From Planctomycetota bacterium (GTDB taxonomy: Bacteria > Planctomycetota > SZUA-567 > H5-PLA8), in NCBI GenBank assembly GCA_038227875.1, contig JBBRPR010000074.1, positions 1 through 39,860 of the forward strand: 39,860 nucleotides of DNA, given 5' to 3'. This document shows positions 27,387-36,734 of the stretch, piece by piece (the first letter of the stretch is position 1; each line of letters starts with the position of its first letter). A program made the position numbers and the translations under genes. Under the pieces are notes generated by a model. That model was not told the origin of the DNA. It did no database searches and saw only the letters and a program-made list of their open reading frames with translations.

Positions 27387-27623
27387 GCTGCCCCCTCCTG
27401 GAACGAGACCTGCATCAACGGTCATGCTACATGATCGGGTTTCCCCGCCGTTCACAATCGTCCATCATACGTATGTACTTAGGACTTTGATGTCCTGATT
27501 GATTCAACGTACCGGAGACACCGTGCTTCGACAAAAACTGATCATAAGTCATCGGCGAATGAGAAGCATTGCGGGGCGTCGAGGTGATATGAAATCTGAG
27601 AACTCGTCTGGAGAGGAGCACCT

Positions 27624-28694
27624 ATGCAGCAACTCAGAAGTAAAAAGGATTGGTCGGCGGCCAAGATCAATCACACCGCCTGGTGGGAGCGCAAGGGACT
27701 GGTCGTCGATATTCGTGCTCCTCGCGAATACGTGGGCGGCGCTGCAAGCGAGCCTGTTGCGCCCGCGTGCCTCGCGGAACAATACACCAACCCGGTTTAT
27801 CGTCGCGACAAGGGCGTATACGAGCTTTGCCACACCTATTTCGGTGGCGACGCGCTGCCCTTGTTTGAACCTATCCTCGGTCCCGGAAGTCTGGGAATAC
27901 TGCTGGGCTCGAAACCCAACTTCAGCAAAGACACTGTCTGGTACGAGCCCTGCATCCACGATCCCGAAGCATACGGTCCGATCCGATTTGACCCGGTCGG
28001 CAATCACTGGCTGAAAGTTCATAAGGAGATCATCGAACAGGCGCTGGCCGGCACGACCGGTCAGTTCCTGGTCGCGATGCCCGACTTGATTGAAAACCTC
28101 GATACGCTGGCCGCACTGCGCGGCACCGAGGAGCTCCTGATGGATCTGGTCGAGCGCCAAGATTGGGTGCATGCGCGCCTGGCCGAAATCAATCAGGCAT
28201 TCTTTGCGGCGTTTGAAACATTTTATCAGGTGATCAAGGATGACGATGGCGGCAACGCGTATGTGTGCTTTCGCGTCTGGGGCAAAGGCAAAACGTGCAA
28301 AGTCCAATGTGATTTCTCCTGCATGATTTCACCGGCGATGTTCCGCGAATTCGTCAGTCCCTATCTGGCGGCCCAATGTGAGTGGCTGGACTACGCGATG
28401 TATCATCTGGACGGAACCAATGCGTTGCAGCACTTGGACAACTTGCTTCAGATCGAGGCACTGGATGCGATCGAGTGGACTCCGCAATCCGGCAAGCCGG
28501 GCGGAGGATCGGCGGAATGGTATGATCTGTACCGCAAGATCAAAGCCGGAGGCAAATCTGTTCAGGCGATCGGTGTTGCCGTTGAGGAGGTACTGCCGCT
28601 GCTTGATGCAGTCGGTCCCGAGGGCATGTATGTAATGGTTTCCGCTCCCAATATCGCGAGTGCCGAAGGACTGCTCAAATCACTCGGCCGGTAG
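27624..28694 (+). CDS. Divergent UroD/methyltransferase-like TIM-barrel protein, paralog 6
   Basis: LGPGSL, DTLAALRG, VQCDFSCMISP, YHLDG, IEWTP; GAGGAG RBS. Confidence 0.82.
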   Translation: MQQLRSKKDWSAAKINHTAWWERKGLVVDIRAPREYVGGAASEPVAPACLAEQYTNPVYRRDKGVYELCHTYFGGDALPLFEPILGPGSLGILLGSKPNFSKDTVWYEPCIHDPEAYGPIRFDPVGNHWLKVHKEIIEQALAGTTGQFLVAMPDLIENLDTLAALRGTEELLMDLVERQDWVHARLAEINQAFFAAFETFYQVIKDDDGGNAYVCFRVWGKGKTCKVQCDFSCMISPAMFREFVSPYLAAQCEWLDYAMYHLDGTNALQHLDNLLQIEALDAIEWTPQSGKPGGGSAEWYDLYRKIKAGGKSVQAIGVAVEEVLPLLDAVGPEGMYVMVSAPNIASAEGLLKSLGR

Positions 28695-29160
28695 CTGCTT
28701 TTAAGGGTAGTCACTTACTTTTGGGCTGTTGCAGCCATTGGGTATCTGACGGGTGACGCCGTAGCGCGATTCGCCTAACTTATACGATGCGGTTACAAAC
28801 CGCTCAATTCCCGCGCCGCCGCCTCCAGTGCCTTCACGGCACCGATGATATGGCCTACGCAAGCGCGTGCGACAAAGTAGAACTCCATCCCTGGCAGCGA
28901 ATAACGTTCGCCTAGGGCAGCCTGGCTGCCCGGCACGAGATCGACTTTGAAGCTAAAATGTGAACCATGAACCAAACGAGCAGAGTGCAGTTCCTAAGCG
29001 CCTGTCCTTCAGCTTTGAACCGCACTCGCTTGCGTGCCGGGAGACTCAACTGCATGCCCTGTGAAACCGGCATCCCATGTAGAAAAACCGGAAAGAGTGG
29101 CGAGCCCGACTTCCTCGGGTATGCAGGAGCATGGTCTGGATTCGAAAGGGATCTCCGCTC

Positions 29161-29970
29161 ATGCTCAACGCCGCGCAGCTCGACCAGTTTCACGAACTCG
29201 GATTTGTCGTCATCGACGGGTTCGCGTCGGAGCTCTTCGATCCACTCCGCAAGGCCACGGACCGTGTTATCAAAAGAACGCGCGCAGGAACGTGGGCGGC
29301 GCGCAAATGTCCCAACGGCGATGTCTGGGGTGTCTCCGGTCTGCTCGATCCGAAACTCGAAGAGCCCATCTTTGCCATGTATATGGCCACGCCGCATGTT
29401 ATCGACGTCTCCGCCGATCTACTGGGAGATCGCAATCTGCGCTTAAGTCTCACAAATCTGCTCTGTAATCCGCAGGTCTCCGACTACGCGATCGCCTGGC
29501 ACCGAGACAGCGGAAATCCAAGGGACTCCGGCGAAAAGGAGCTCCGTCATCTCAACCAAATGCAATACGGCGTACAATGGAACGGCGCGCTCTATGAAGA
29601 GTCGTGCCTGAGAGTCGTGCCGAAAACCCACCGACGCAACCTCAACGCTGCGGAACGCGACGTGCTTCACAATCGCCCCATGGATCCGATGCCTGGCGAA
29701 TTGATCGTGAAATTGCGCGCGGGAGAGACAGTGTACTACAATGCCAATCTACTCCATCGCGGCGTTTATCCATGCGGCACACGACGCGAGACGCTGCACG
29801 CCAATCTGGTCTCTATGAAATCGCCGGTTCCCTTCAAGCTGCATTACGAAGCCGTAAAGTTCATGGAAGTGCCCGGATTCAAAAACACGATCCCCGCAGC
29901 GTTGCATCCGCTGTTGGACAACTGGCTGCTGTTCGCGAAACAATTCCAGTTTGACGAGGTCATTGCGTAG
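29161..29970 (+). CDS. Phytanoyl-CoA dioxygenase (PhyH) family Fe(II)/2-oxoglutarate oxygenase
   Basis: LNAAQLDQFHELGF, WHRD (HxD), LRVVPKTH, LRAGE, LLHRG. Confidence 0.9.
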   Translation: MLNAAQLDQFHELGFVVIDGFASELFDPLRKATDRVIKRTRAGTWAARKCPNGDVWGVSGLLDPKLEEPIFAMYMATPHVIDVSADLLGDRNLRLSLTNLLCNPQVSDYAIAWHRDSGNPRDSGEKELRHLNQMQYGVQWNGALYEESCLRVVPKTHRRNLNAAERDVLHNRPMDPMPGELIVKLRAGETVYYNANLLHRGVYPCGTRRETLHANLVSMKSPVPFKLHYEAVKFMEVPGFKNTIPAALHPLLDNWLLFAKQFQFDEVIA

Positions 29971-29988
29971 AGTCGTAGACCAGCCACA

Positions 29989-30831
29989 TCACAACGACGG
30001 CATACGAAAACGCCGTACGGTGTCGCTGGGCGACGTGCCGAACCGCTGCTTGAAGATACGCGAAAAATAAAGTGCGTTTGAAAAGCCGACTTTGTGCGCG
30101 ACTTCTTTCACATTCATCGTCGATTCCGAAAGCAGCTCGCGTGCGCGCGCCAGACGCAGGCCCGTCCGGTATTCCAGCGGACGCATGCCGAAGCGCGCGC
30201 GAAAAAGTTCGCGCAGATGATCGGCGGTGATCCCAGCTTGCTCCGCGATTTCTTCGATTGTGATATCGTCGCACGATCTGGATTGCAGCAGTTCGCAGAA
30301 ACGCGCCAGCGCGCGGTGGCCGACCAGGACGCTGTCGTCGTCGGGAAGGTCGAGGTATATGGCGAACGTTTCCATCAGCAGCGAGCGGGCTAGGATGGCG
30401 CCGCTGACATCCTGACGGTCGAAAGCCGACTTCATGCGCGAGAATTGCTGCACGATCCGGGTTACGTCGGCGCCCGTGACTTGTTTGAAACGCGGTACGA
30501 CAATCGATTTTCCGAACGCATTCATCTGAAATTCGCGGCTGCCGTCGGACTTGAACGAAACAGCCGGCCAGTGGAAGCCGCAGAACCAGCTCTCGCCCGG
30601 ACCGACCAGCCCGTTAATGTCCTCGTCGCCAGCGGGAAGCAGACCGGCGAGTGGACGGCCCAGCGGCAACACACAATTGCCAGAACGGTAGGTTCCGGTC
30701 CCCTCAATAAGAATGGAAATAATGTGCTCGTTGTGGACGTAGCGAATCGGCGGATCACAATTGAAGAGACGTTTCGTGTGGACAACGCCCAGCGGCTCTG
30801 GCAAAGACTGTGACTTTGGCTTTCTGGCCAT
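29989..30831 (-). CDS. AraC-family transcriptional regulator
   Basis: Cupin-like N-terminus (YVHNEH...GTGTY); C-terminal HTH IEEIAEQAG...VKEVAHKVGFSNALYFSRIFK. Confidence 0.93.
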   Translation of the reverse strand: MARKPKSQSLPEPLGVVHTKRLFNCDPPIRYVHNEHIISILIEGTGTYRSGNCVLPLGRPLAGLLPAGDEDINGLVGPGESWFCGFHWPAVSFKSDGSREFQMNAFGKSIVVPRFKQVTGADVTRIVQQFSRMKSAFDRQDVSGAILARSLLMETFAIYLDLPDDDSVLVGHRALARFCELLQSRSCDDITIEEIAEQAGITADHLRELFRARFGMRPLEYRTGLRLARARELLSESTMNVKEVAHKVGFSNALYFSRIFKQRFGTSPSDTVRRFRMPSL

Positions 30832-31387
30832 GTGTTGATTATTTCCGGAATTCGGACTATTGCAAAATTGAATTCGCAAATCGAAAATTGTAATTCGGCA
30901 TTTCAATATTGAAGTGCAACACCTGCGGTCCAGTACCTTGGGTGTTTGTGACTACTCACAATCATCTGTCTGCAGATGAACGAAACTGATTGTATTTTTT
31001 CACGCTACTGCAGCACGCCTTTAGACTCGGCGTTAACTTCGTCGACACGGCTGATTGTACGGAAGCCAAAACGTATACAGGTATGCGTTCCACCGTATAC
31101 GGCGCGTCCATAATCCGAATAAATCTTGCTGATCAGAGGCGAGCTGTCGTATGAAAATTCCACCAGATCTGGTGTATTTAGGCGATGGTGAAGGCGGCGG
31201 CCGCAACCGGGCATGTCCATTTTCGGCACGCGGATAGCACGCGAGCGACGCGCTGATGAGAGCCCGGGGTTCCAACTGTAATTCATTGAGAAGTCTAGGG
31301 TTGAAAAAATGTGCTCAGCCAAATCCCTTCCTCTCTGCCAGTTTTTATGCCGACGCCCTACCGTTCGATTTCCCGCAATTGCTTCCA

Positions 31388-32806
31388 TCATTCATCGAAC
31401 GGTCCGGCGATTCGCGCGAACGATTGTTTCCGCTTCTGGCCAGCTACCGAAACCATGAGCGAATACAAACCGGGCTTGAGTGAGCTGATATCTATCTCCA
31501 CTTCGGTCGCGGCGCCGCGCAGCGCAAGGCTGCCGCGGGAGACTTCTGACCCGGATTCTGAAATCAAAACGATCTCCGCCGACTGTTGCGATCTAGCACC
31601 CGGGTCGGCGATCGCGATGTTGGCGCGTGCCACGCGTTCGGAGAGAAAGTAGGTCTTCTGATCGAGTTTGAAATCCAAGGGATTAGCCGGTGGCTCATAC
31701 TCACAGGCAAATCGCGCTGTATTGAGGGCTTCTATTTTTCCTAACTTGTGAATTGAAAGCGCGACGTCGTAACGACCGGCGCGCGTGATTGGAAATTCGA
31801 TCAGAGCGCTGCCGGAGGACTCCAGTTTTGCGGCAGCTTGCTTGGGTCCGTCGGGTCCGGAGGCCGAACAGCGCACTTCAAGGCCCTCTTGCACTCCGCA
31901 GAGTGAACAATAGAGACGATTCAAGCCCACAGCGGGAGACCGTGCGAACCAGCCGGCACCGAAACGGTTGGCAGGAGTTTCCTGAACACAATGCAGTTCG
32001 CCGAAGCTTGCGGGTTCGTGATTGCTGAGAATGACGTGCGCCCACACGTAATCCTGGCTGCTCAGTTTGTCGTTGTGAACGACATTGAAGCCCCAGACAT
32101 CCCCGATTTTTGGCGCACTAATCCCAAATGTTGAATAGGGAATGGTCACTTCGCACGTCCAGTAAAAGCGCGTGAGTTTATTGAGTCCCAGTTCGGCACG
32201 TTTGGCAATCGAATCGGGCAGCGGCGTCTCATTCTGCGCGACGAGGTTGACCTTCGATTGCCAGGCGCCGTCCCAAGTCGCCACAAAGCCTTCGCTCTCC
32301 TGCTGCGTATTAAGGGTATTGCAGATGAACTGAAAGTAACGGCCGGTGTGTCCGGGATCGACGAAGAGTTCCACCGATTCATCCTGCCACACATTCCAAT
32401 CGTGCTTGGTGGCAGCCGACAGCGAACGCAACGTCTCGTCAATTTCCGTAACCGACTTGTCCTGAAATTTTTCCAAGGGAAGCGGACAGATCAAGCAAAC
32501 GTGGAGTCCCTCGCTACCAAAGAAAACGAGCGCGGTAGCGTGCCGTGCGCTCTGGTCCGTGTGTGCAGCGTCGGTCAGCGCGATGGCCGGCGCCGTTTCC
32601 CAACATGGGGCAGAAAGGCCGTCCAATTTCGGGGCAAGTGGCAAGAGCGGAACACTCAGTTGCGGTTTTTCGCGATAGATCACGCTGGGTTTGCGTGTTG
32701 GCGCAATTGTGTCAAAAGAGTCTCGCACAAGGGAATCTTCGGCCGAAAGTGCGGAGCACGCCAAAAGGAATGCAGCGACAAGGATTCGCATGGCATTTCT
32801 TCTCAT
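31388..32806 (-). CDS. Secreted protein with CBM9/DOMON-like sugar-binding domain
   Basis: Signal peptide (MRILVAAFLLACSALSA); APKLDG..W, DESVELFVDP, WTCEVTIPY, GDVWGFNV, HEPASFGEL. Confidence 0.8.
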   Translation of the reverse strand: MRRNAMRILVAAFLLACSALSAEDSLVRDSFDTIAPTRKPSVIYREKPQLSVPLLPLAPKLDGLSAPCWETAPAIALTDAAHTDQSARHATALVFFGSEGLHVCLICPLPLEKFQDKSVTEIDETLRSLSAATKHDWNVWQDESVELFVDPGHTGRYFQFICNTLNTQQESEGFVATWDGAWQSKVNLVAQNETPLPDSIAKRAELGLNKLTRFYWTCEVTIPYSTFGISAPKIGDVWGFNVVHNDKLSSQDYVWAHVILSNHEPASFGELHCVQETPANRFGAGWFARSPAVGLNRLYCSLCGVQEGLEVRCSASGPDGPKQAAAKLESSGSALIEFPITRAGRYDVALSIHKLGKIEALNTARFACEYEPPANPLDFKLDQKTYFLSERVARANIAIADPGARSQQSAEIVLISESGSEVSRGSLALRGAATEVEIDISSLKPGLYSLMVSVAGQKRKQSFARIAGPFDE

Positions 32807-35418
32807 TTCTCGAAAGGGCCTTTGATGCGTTCGAAATTCACGGAACGGCTGAAGGATTGGCCGTCGAGCTTCGCGATCAACTCGTGTTTACCCACGCTCA
32901 GCGTATCGGCGGAGAATTCCACTTCGATGCTGCCGCTGACCGGTACTTTGACGACACGCTCAGCCGCTTCTCCCGGCAAACGCATTCGAACAGAGAGTTC
33001 CGTGCGCCCGCCCTGCTGCTGGACCATCACCGGGATCACGCGGTCGGAATCGTCGAGGATAGTTCGATCCGGTTGCACTGAAAATGGCGGTAGTTCCACT
33101 TCGCGCAAACTGAAATCGTCGCACCAGATCGATCCAGGGCCCTGCAGCCAGACGGCGAGATAGCCGGGTTTGGTGTCCTGAACCATCGTGACGCGTTGCG
33201 CCATGCGCTTCCATCCAGACGCATCTGGCGCGCTTTCGCTGCTCTCAGGGTTGCGTGTCATTTCGGTTTTCGGAAAGCTGAAACGCAGCGTCGGCTTGCC
33301 GCTGGCGCATTTGATCCAGCATGAAAACTCGTACGTTCTCCCGGCGCTCAGCGTCATCGTCGGACCTTCGCCGCCCCACCCCCATACGCAGACTTCGACG
33401 TCCATGCCGGACGCGTCCTTCACGCTCTCAAGCTTGAAGCTGTTCGTTCCGGAGTGATGTTCGGACGCATCCACCGCGCCGCTGCCTTTTCCGGAGGCCT
33501 TCCACGGTCCGGGACCGTTTTCAAAACCGCCGGCGGGAATCAACTCGGGACCGAAATTCAGCGCCTCCTCACGCGCGGCGGGAAGATCGAACGGACCGGG
33601 ACGCTCGGCCGTCGTTGCCAGCGCTTTCTCCAGTGGAACGAACTTCAAGAGTTCAACGCACGCAGCCGCGGTGCGCCAGTGCCACTTGTCCATCGTCGCC
33701 GGGCTGGCCGGTGGCGTTCCGTTGTCCAGAGCCTGGTACGTGAAATCCGTCGAGCCGAGAATGTCCCGCGCGGTCGCTTCCGCGGATTTCGCCGCCTCGA
33801 TGGCCTTCGCATCGCCGGATTTCCTTGCCACGGTGATCAGACGCCAGAGCAGATCCATGGTGCGATAGTCGTCGAGGCCCTGGCGCACGCACTCCCAGGA
33901 GATGCTCGGCAGCGGACCCTCGGAAGTGGGATACACATAACCGTCATTGCCGCGCACGTAGCCTTTCCACGACTCACCGAAGGCGTAGACCCACTGCAGC
34001 ACTTCCTGCGCGCCGGTCTTCCATAAATACATTCCAAAGAAGTAGCGATCCTTCGAAAAGTGCGTCACCGATTCAGTCGCGCTGCCACCGTTGTAAACCC
34101 CGTAAGGTTTCTTGCGGTCAATCAGCGTCTTACAGATGTTGGAGTTGAACCGATTGATGCTGAGTTCATCGAGGAACGGCCCAAGTTGCCCGACCTCATC
34201 GACGCCGATCGCGGTGCCTCCACCGAGCGTGCACCACGTCTTCACGTTAGGCGTTTTCTCTTTAAGCAGCTTCGTGTAATAGACGGTCTCTTTGAAAAGA
34301 TCGGGATGCCCGCCGGGCTCGTCCATGATGAAGACTCGGATGGGCGGGCCGTTTTCTGCTTTCACCGCTTCTTCGACAGTGTGCACGGCCTTGAAGAAAT
34401 TGGCTTCGAATTTATCCGAGCGTGGCCAGAAGACGAACCAACCTTTGTCGTTGTCCCACTTGTAAAGAATCTCGTGGCCGATATTTGCCGTCAACGGAAC
34501 CTGATTGGCGCGCCCACCGTAGACTTTCCGACGCAGCGTGAGGGTCTCGTGAATCGATTTGCGCGTGGCTTCGACATCGTCGTCGCCGAAATTCTGATCG
34601 CGACTGGCGATCACCGCGCCGATGGGCCCTTCACAGCTATTCAGACCATGTTCTCGCTGATCGATCATTTCTTTCTCGCGCATGGCCAGATCCACGGAAG
34701 GGGTATACGAAAAACCGGCCTCGATCGGCAGCGGTGGCAGCCGGTATGGCAACACACGCAGCAGCACAGGTATTTTCGCCGCGGTCTTTCCTTCGGCCTG
34801 AAGAGTCACCGAGCCGCTGTAGTCGCCGGGCGTGGCAGAGTCGGGAATTTTAACCGTGAGCCAGATCTGTGCGGCTTTACCCTTCGCTACGTCGAAGTGT
34901 TCGTGCTTCTCCAGGAGAAATGGCGCGAGCAGATAGTGCTTGTCGTTTCCCGTATAGTTCTGCCTGCTGCGGATTGGACGCATGATGCGCACGTCGACAT
35001 GCGACTTGGGGAAAAGCTCACCGTTGGCGCCCTTCCAGTCGCCGAGCGTGAGTTGGCAATTCTTGAGATCGTCGAGCGCATGAATGGAGAAAGTGAGCGG
35101 CAGATACTGTCCCTGCGCGCCAAAGGTCTGCAACTTCGCGCCAAGCTCATGCCACGCGGGAACGGTATCTGGATAGACTTCTTCTTCCGGACGGCGCTGA
35201 AAAACCAGAAAGCCTTGCGCGGTTTGGCTGTCTGAAGGTTTGGGAAGCTCACGCTTGCGTGGTTCACCCGGGACTTCCGCCCAACCCGCCGGCAGTGGAG
35301 CAAACTCCGGCCCGGCCGCGCCCCAGACTTTGAATTGAGGCACTTCCTCTTCGCCGGCATAACTTCTGGCCAGGCAGCAGCTTGTAATCAGTAGAGAGAG
35401 GAATAGCGTGAAGCGCAT
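32803..35418 (-). CDS. Secreted glycoside-hydrolase-like protein (GH123/DUF4091-like) with CBM4/9-like domain
   Basis: Signal peptide; QIWLTVKIP...PGDYSG Ig domain; IMDEP putative catalytic motif; SISWECVRQGLDDY; GGFE...W...SGTNS...GRTYEFSCWIK...W.DDFSL CBM pattern; GGAGG RBS. Confidence 0.72.
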   Translation of the reverse strand: MRFTLFLSLLITSCCLARSYAGEEEVPQFKVWGAAGPEFAPLPAGWAEVPGEPRKRELPKPSDSQTAQGFLVFQRRPEEEVYPDTVPAWHELGAKLQTFGAQGQYLPLTFSIHALDDLKNCQLTLGDWKGANGELFPKSHVDVRIMRPIRSRQNYTGNDKHYLLAPFLLEKHEHFDVAKGKAAQIWLTVKIPDSATPGDYSGSVTLQAEGKTAAKIPVLLRVLPYRLPPLPIEAGFSYTPSVDLAMREKEMIDQREHGLNSCEGPIGAVIASRDQNFGDDDVEATRKSIHETLTLRRKVYGGRANQVPLTANIGHEILYKWDNDKGWFVFWPRSDKFEANFFKAVHTVEEAVKAENGPPIRVFIMDEPGGHPDLFKETVYYTKLLKEKTPNVKTWCTLGGGTAIGVDEVGQLGPFLDELSINRFNSNICKTLIDRKKPYGVYNGGSATESVTHFSKDRYFFGMYLWKTGAQEVLQWVYAFGESWKGYVRGNDGYVYPTSEGPLPSISWECVRQGLDDYRTMDLLWRLITVARKSGDAKAIEAAKSAEATARDILGSTDFTYQALDNGTPPASPATMDKWHWRTAAACVELLKFVPLEKALATTAERPGPFDLPAAREEALNFGPELIPAGGFENGPGPWKASGKGSGAVDASEHHSGTNSFKLESVKDASGMDVEVCVWGWGGEGPTMTLSAGRTYEFSCWIKCASGKPTLRFSFPKTEMTRNPESSESAPDASGWKRMAQRVTMVQDTKPGYLAVWLQGPGSIWCDDFSLREVELPPFSVQPDRTILDDSDRVIPVMVQQQGGRTELSVRMRLPGEAAERVVKVPVSGSIEVEFSADTLSVGKHELIAKLDGQSFSRSVNFERIKGPFEK

Positions 35419-35510
35419 GGCGAATAGCCTCCAATGATCTTATGTTATTCTTACACTGAAGACGCATTTAATTTAATAAAATCAGACAATGTTTTTATGT
35501 TATTTTTAAA

Positions 35511-36599
35511 TTACGTTTTTACAATTGCCGGCGCATTGGCGGGCGCGGTGCTCTGGCGCACGAGCAATTGCGACGCAACGCGGACTTTCGCCGGTTGATA
35601 CTTTCCGCTCCGGATCATCGCGATCAGCAATTGCACCGATTGTCGCGCGAGCTCTTTGGGATTGACGTCGAGTGTTGTCAGCGGCAGCGCAGCAAGTTCG
35701 CCCATCGGCAGGTTGCCGAATCCTGCGACGCTCAATTCGCCCGGCACATTTATTCCGGCTTCACGCGCAGCGAGAATTACGCCGGCGGCAGAGAGATCCT
35801 CAAAGCAGCACACCGCGGTAAACCGCCGGGCGGCGTAGCGCAACGGAAACTCACGCTTGGCGTACCACGGGCTTGGTGTGGTCAACCAGACCAATTCGTC
35901 ACTATGCTCCACACCGGCTTCTGCGAGAGCTTTGCGCAGGCCGGCGAGACGCTCATCCGAATTAATTGAATTCGGTACGCCAAGGTATGCAATTTCGCGG
36001 TGACCGAGTTGAACCAGATACTTTGCAACCTGGTACATTCCGCCGAAGTTGTCGATCTGAACGGAAGCGGTCTCCGGCGCGTCGAAATCGAGTGTTACGA
36101 TGGGAAACTGGCTTGATGCGTGCTCGTTGAGCCACGCTTCGATCGTCTGATTCGACCCACGTCCGGCATCCGTATTGAAAGCCGGAACAAGTAGGCCGTC
36201 CACTTCCGGATCCAACCTGGCATTGGGCCGCCAGGACACATACACCGGTTCAGCCCCTGCGCTCTTAATGGCATCCAGCGCCGCCTCCAGCATCAACTGA
36301 TCCCAGCCGCTTGGCGTAGTCGTGTACGAATTGAGGAGGATGCCGATGGTCGGTTTGAAATCTTTCTGAAGTTCGCGCTGAGCTTTGCTGGATAGGAAAC
36401 ACCCGACTGCCCATTTCTTTTCAATTACGCCGCGCGTTTCAAGAATATCGAGCGCCTTCGACATCGTAAAAACGCTGACGTCGTACTTCTTGGCCAAGTC
36501 GCGGACATTGGCCAGTTTGTAACCAGCCTGATGCGCGTGTTTGCGCAGGTCTTTGATGAGAGATTCGGCGACGCGTCGGAATTGAACGACTCGGCTCAC
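35511..36599 (-). CDS. GntR winged-helix / LacI-sugar-binding hybrid repressor (AraR-like)
   Basis: KLANVRDLAKKYDVSVFTMSKAL...GCF N-terminus; VQIDNFGG, LGHREIAYL, ERLAG, VPGELSVAGF, LTT, LLVRQST; AGGAGG RBS before GTG. Confidence 0.93.
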   Translation of the reverse strand: MSRVVQFRRVAESLIKDLRKHAHQAGYKLANVRDLAKKYDVSVFTMSKALDILETRGVIEKKWAVGCFLSSKAQRELQKDFKPTIGILLNSYTTTPSGWDQLMLEAALDAIKSAGAEPVYVSWRPNARLDPEVDGLLVPAFNTDAGRGSNQTIEAWLNEHASSQFPIVTLDFDAPETASVQIDNFGGMYQVAKYLVQLGHREIAYLGVPNSINSDERLAGLRKALAEAGVEHSDELVWLTTPSPWYAKREFPLRYAARRFTAVCCFEDLSAAGVILAAREAGINVPGELSVAGFGNLPMGELAALPLTTLDVNPKELARQSVQLLIAMIRSGKYQPAKVRVASQLLVRQSTAPANAPAIVKT

Positions 36600-36636
36600 G
36601 GGGCTGCCTCCTGAAAGCTACTTACTTTACTTTAAA

Positions 36637-36653
36637 TTTATGTCAAACATAAA
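36637..36653. promoter_or_regulatory. Palindrome TTTATGT-caa-ACATAAA, candidate operator of the GntR/LacI regulator
   Basis: Perfect 7-bp inverted repeat in the divergent AT-rich intergenic region; GT...AC core as in GntR-family operators. Confidence 0.5.
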
Positions 36654-36734
36654 ATCTTTACTTATGAAATAGAATTCGATGGACAATAACAAATGATGTG
36701 ATTATTAAATATCATCATAACTTTGGAATTGCTT

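Noticed and set aside
8674..28694. UroD-family genes as true HemE (heme biosynthesis)
   Set aside because: None shows the HemE W-x-M-R-Q-A-G-R motif, and the context is corrinoid methyl transfer.
9730..28694. Pyrrolysine read-through at the TAG stops of methyltransferase-like genes
   Set aside because: The TAG codons fall at the natural end of full-length barrels, the proteins are not MttB/MtmB/MtbB family, and no pyl genes are present.
28793..28975. 60-aa minus-strand ORF
   Set aside because: No recognisable motif or RBS; at most a gene fragment.
28695..29160. Cobalamin riboswitch in this or other intergenic gaps
   Set aside because: I could not find the conserved B12-box elements in order by eye; an Infernal search would be needed to exclude it fully.
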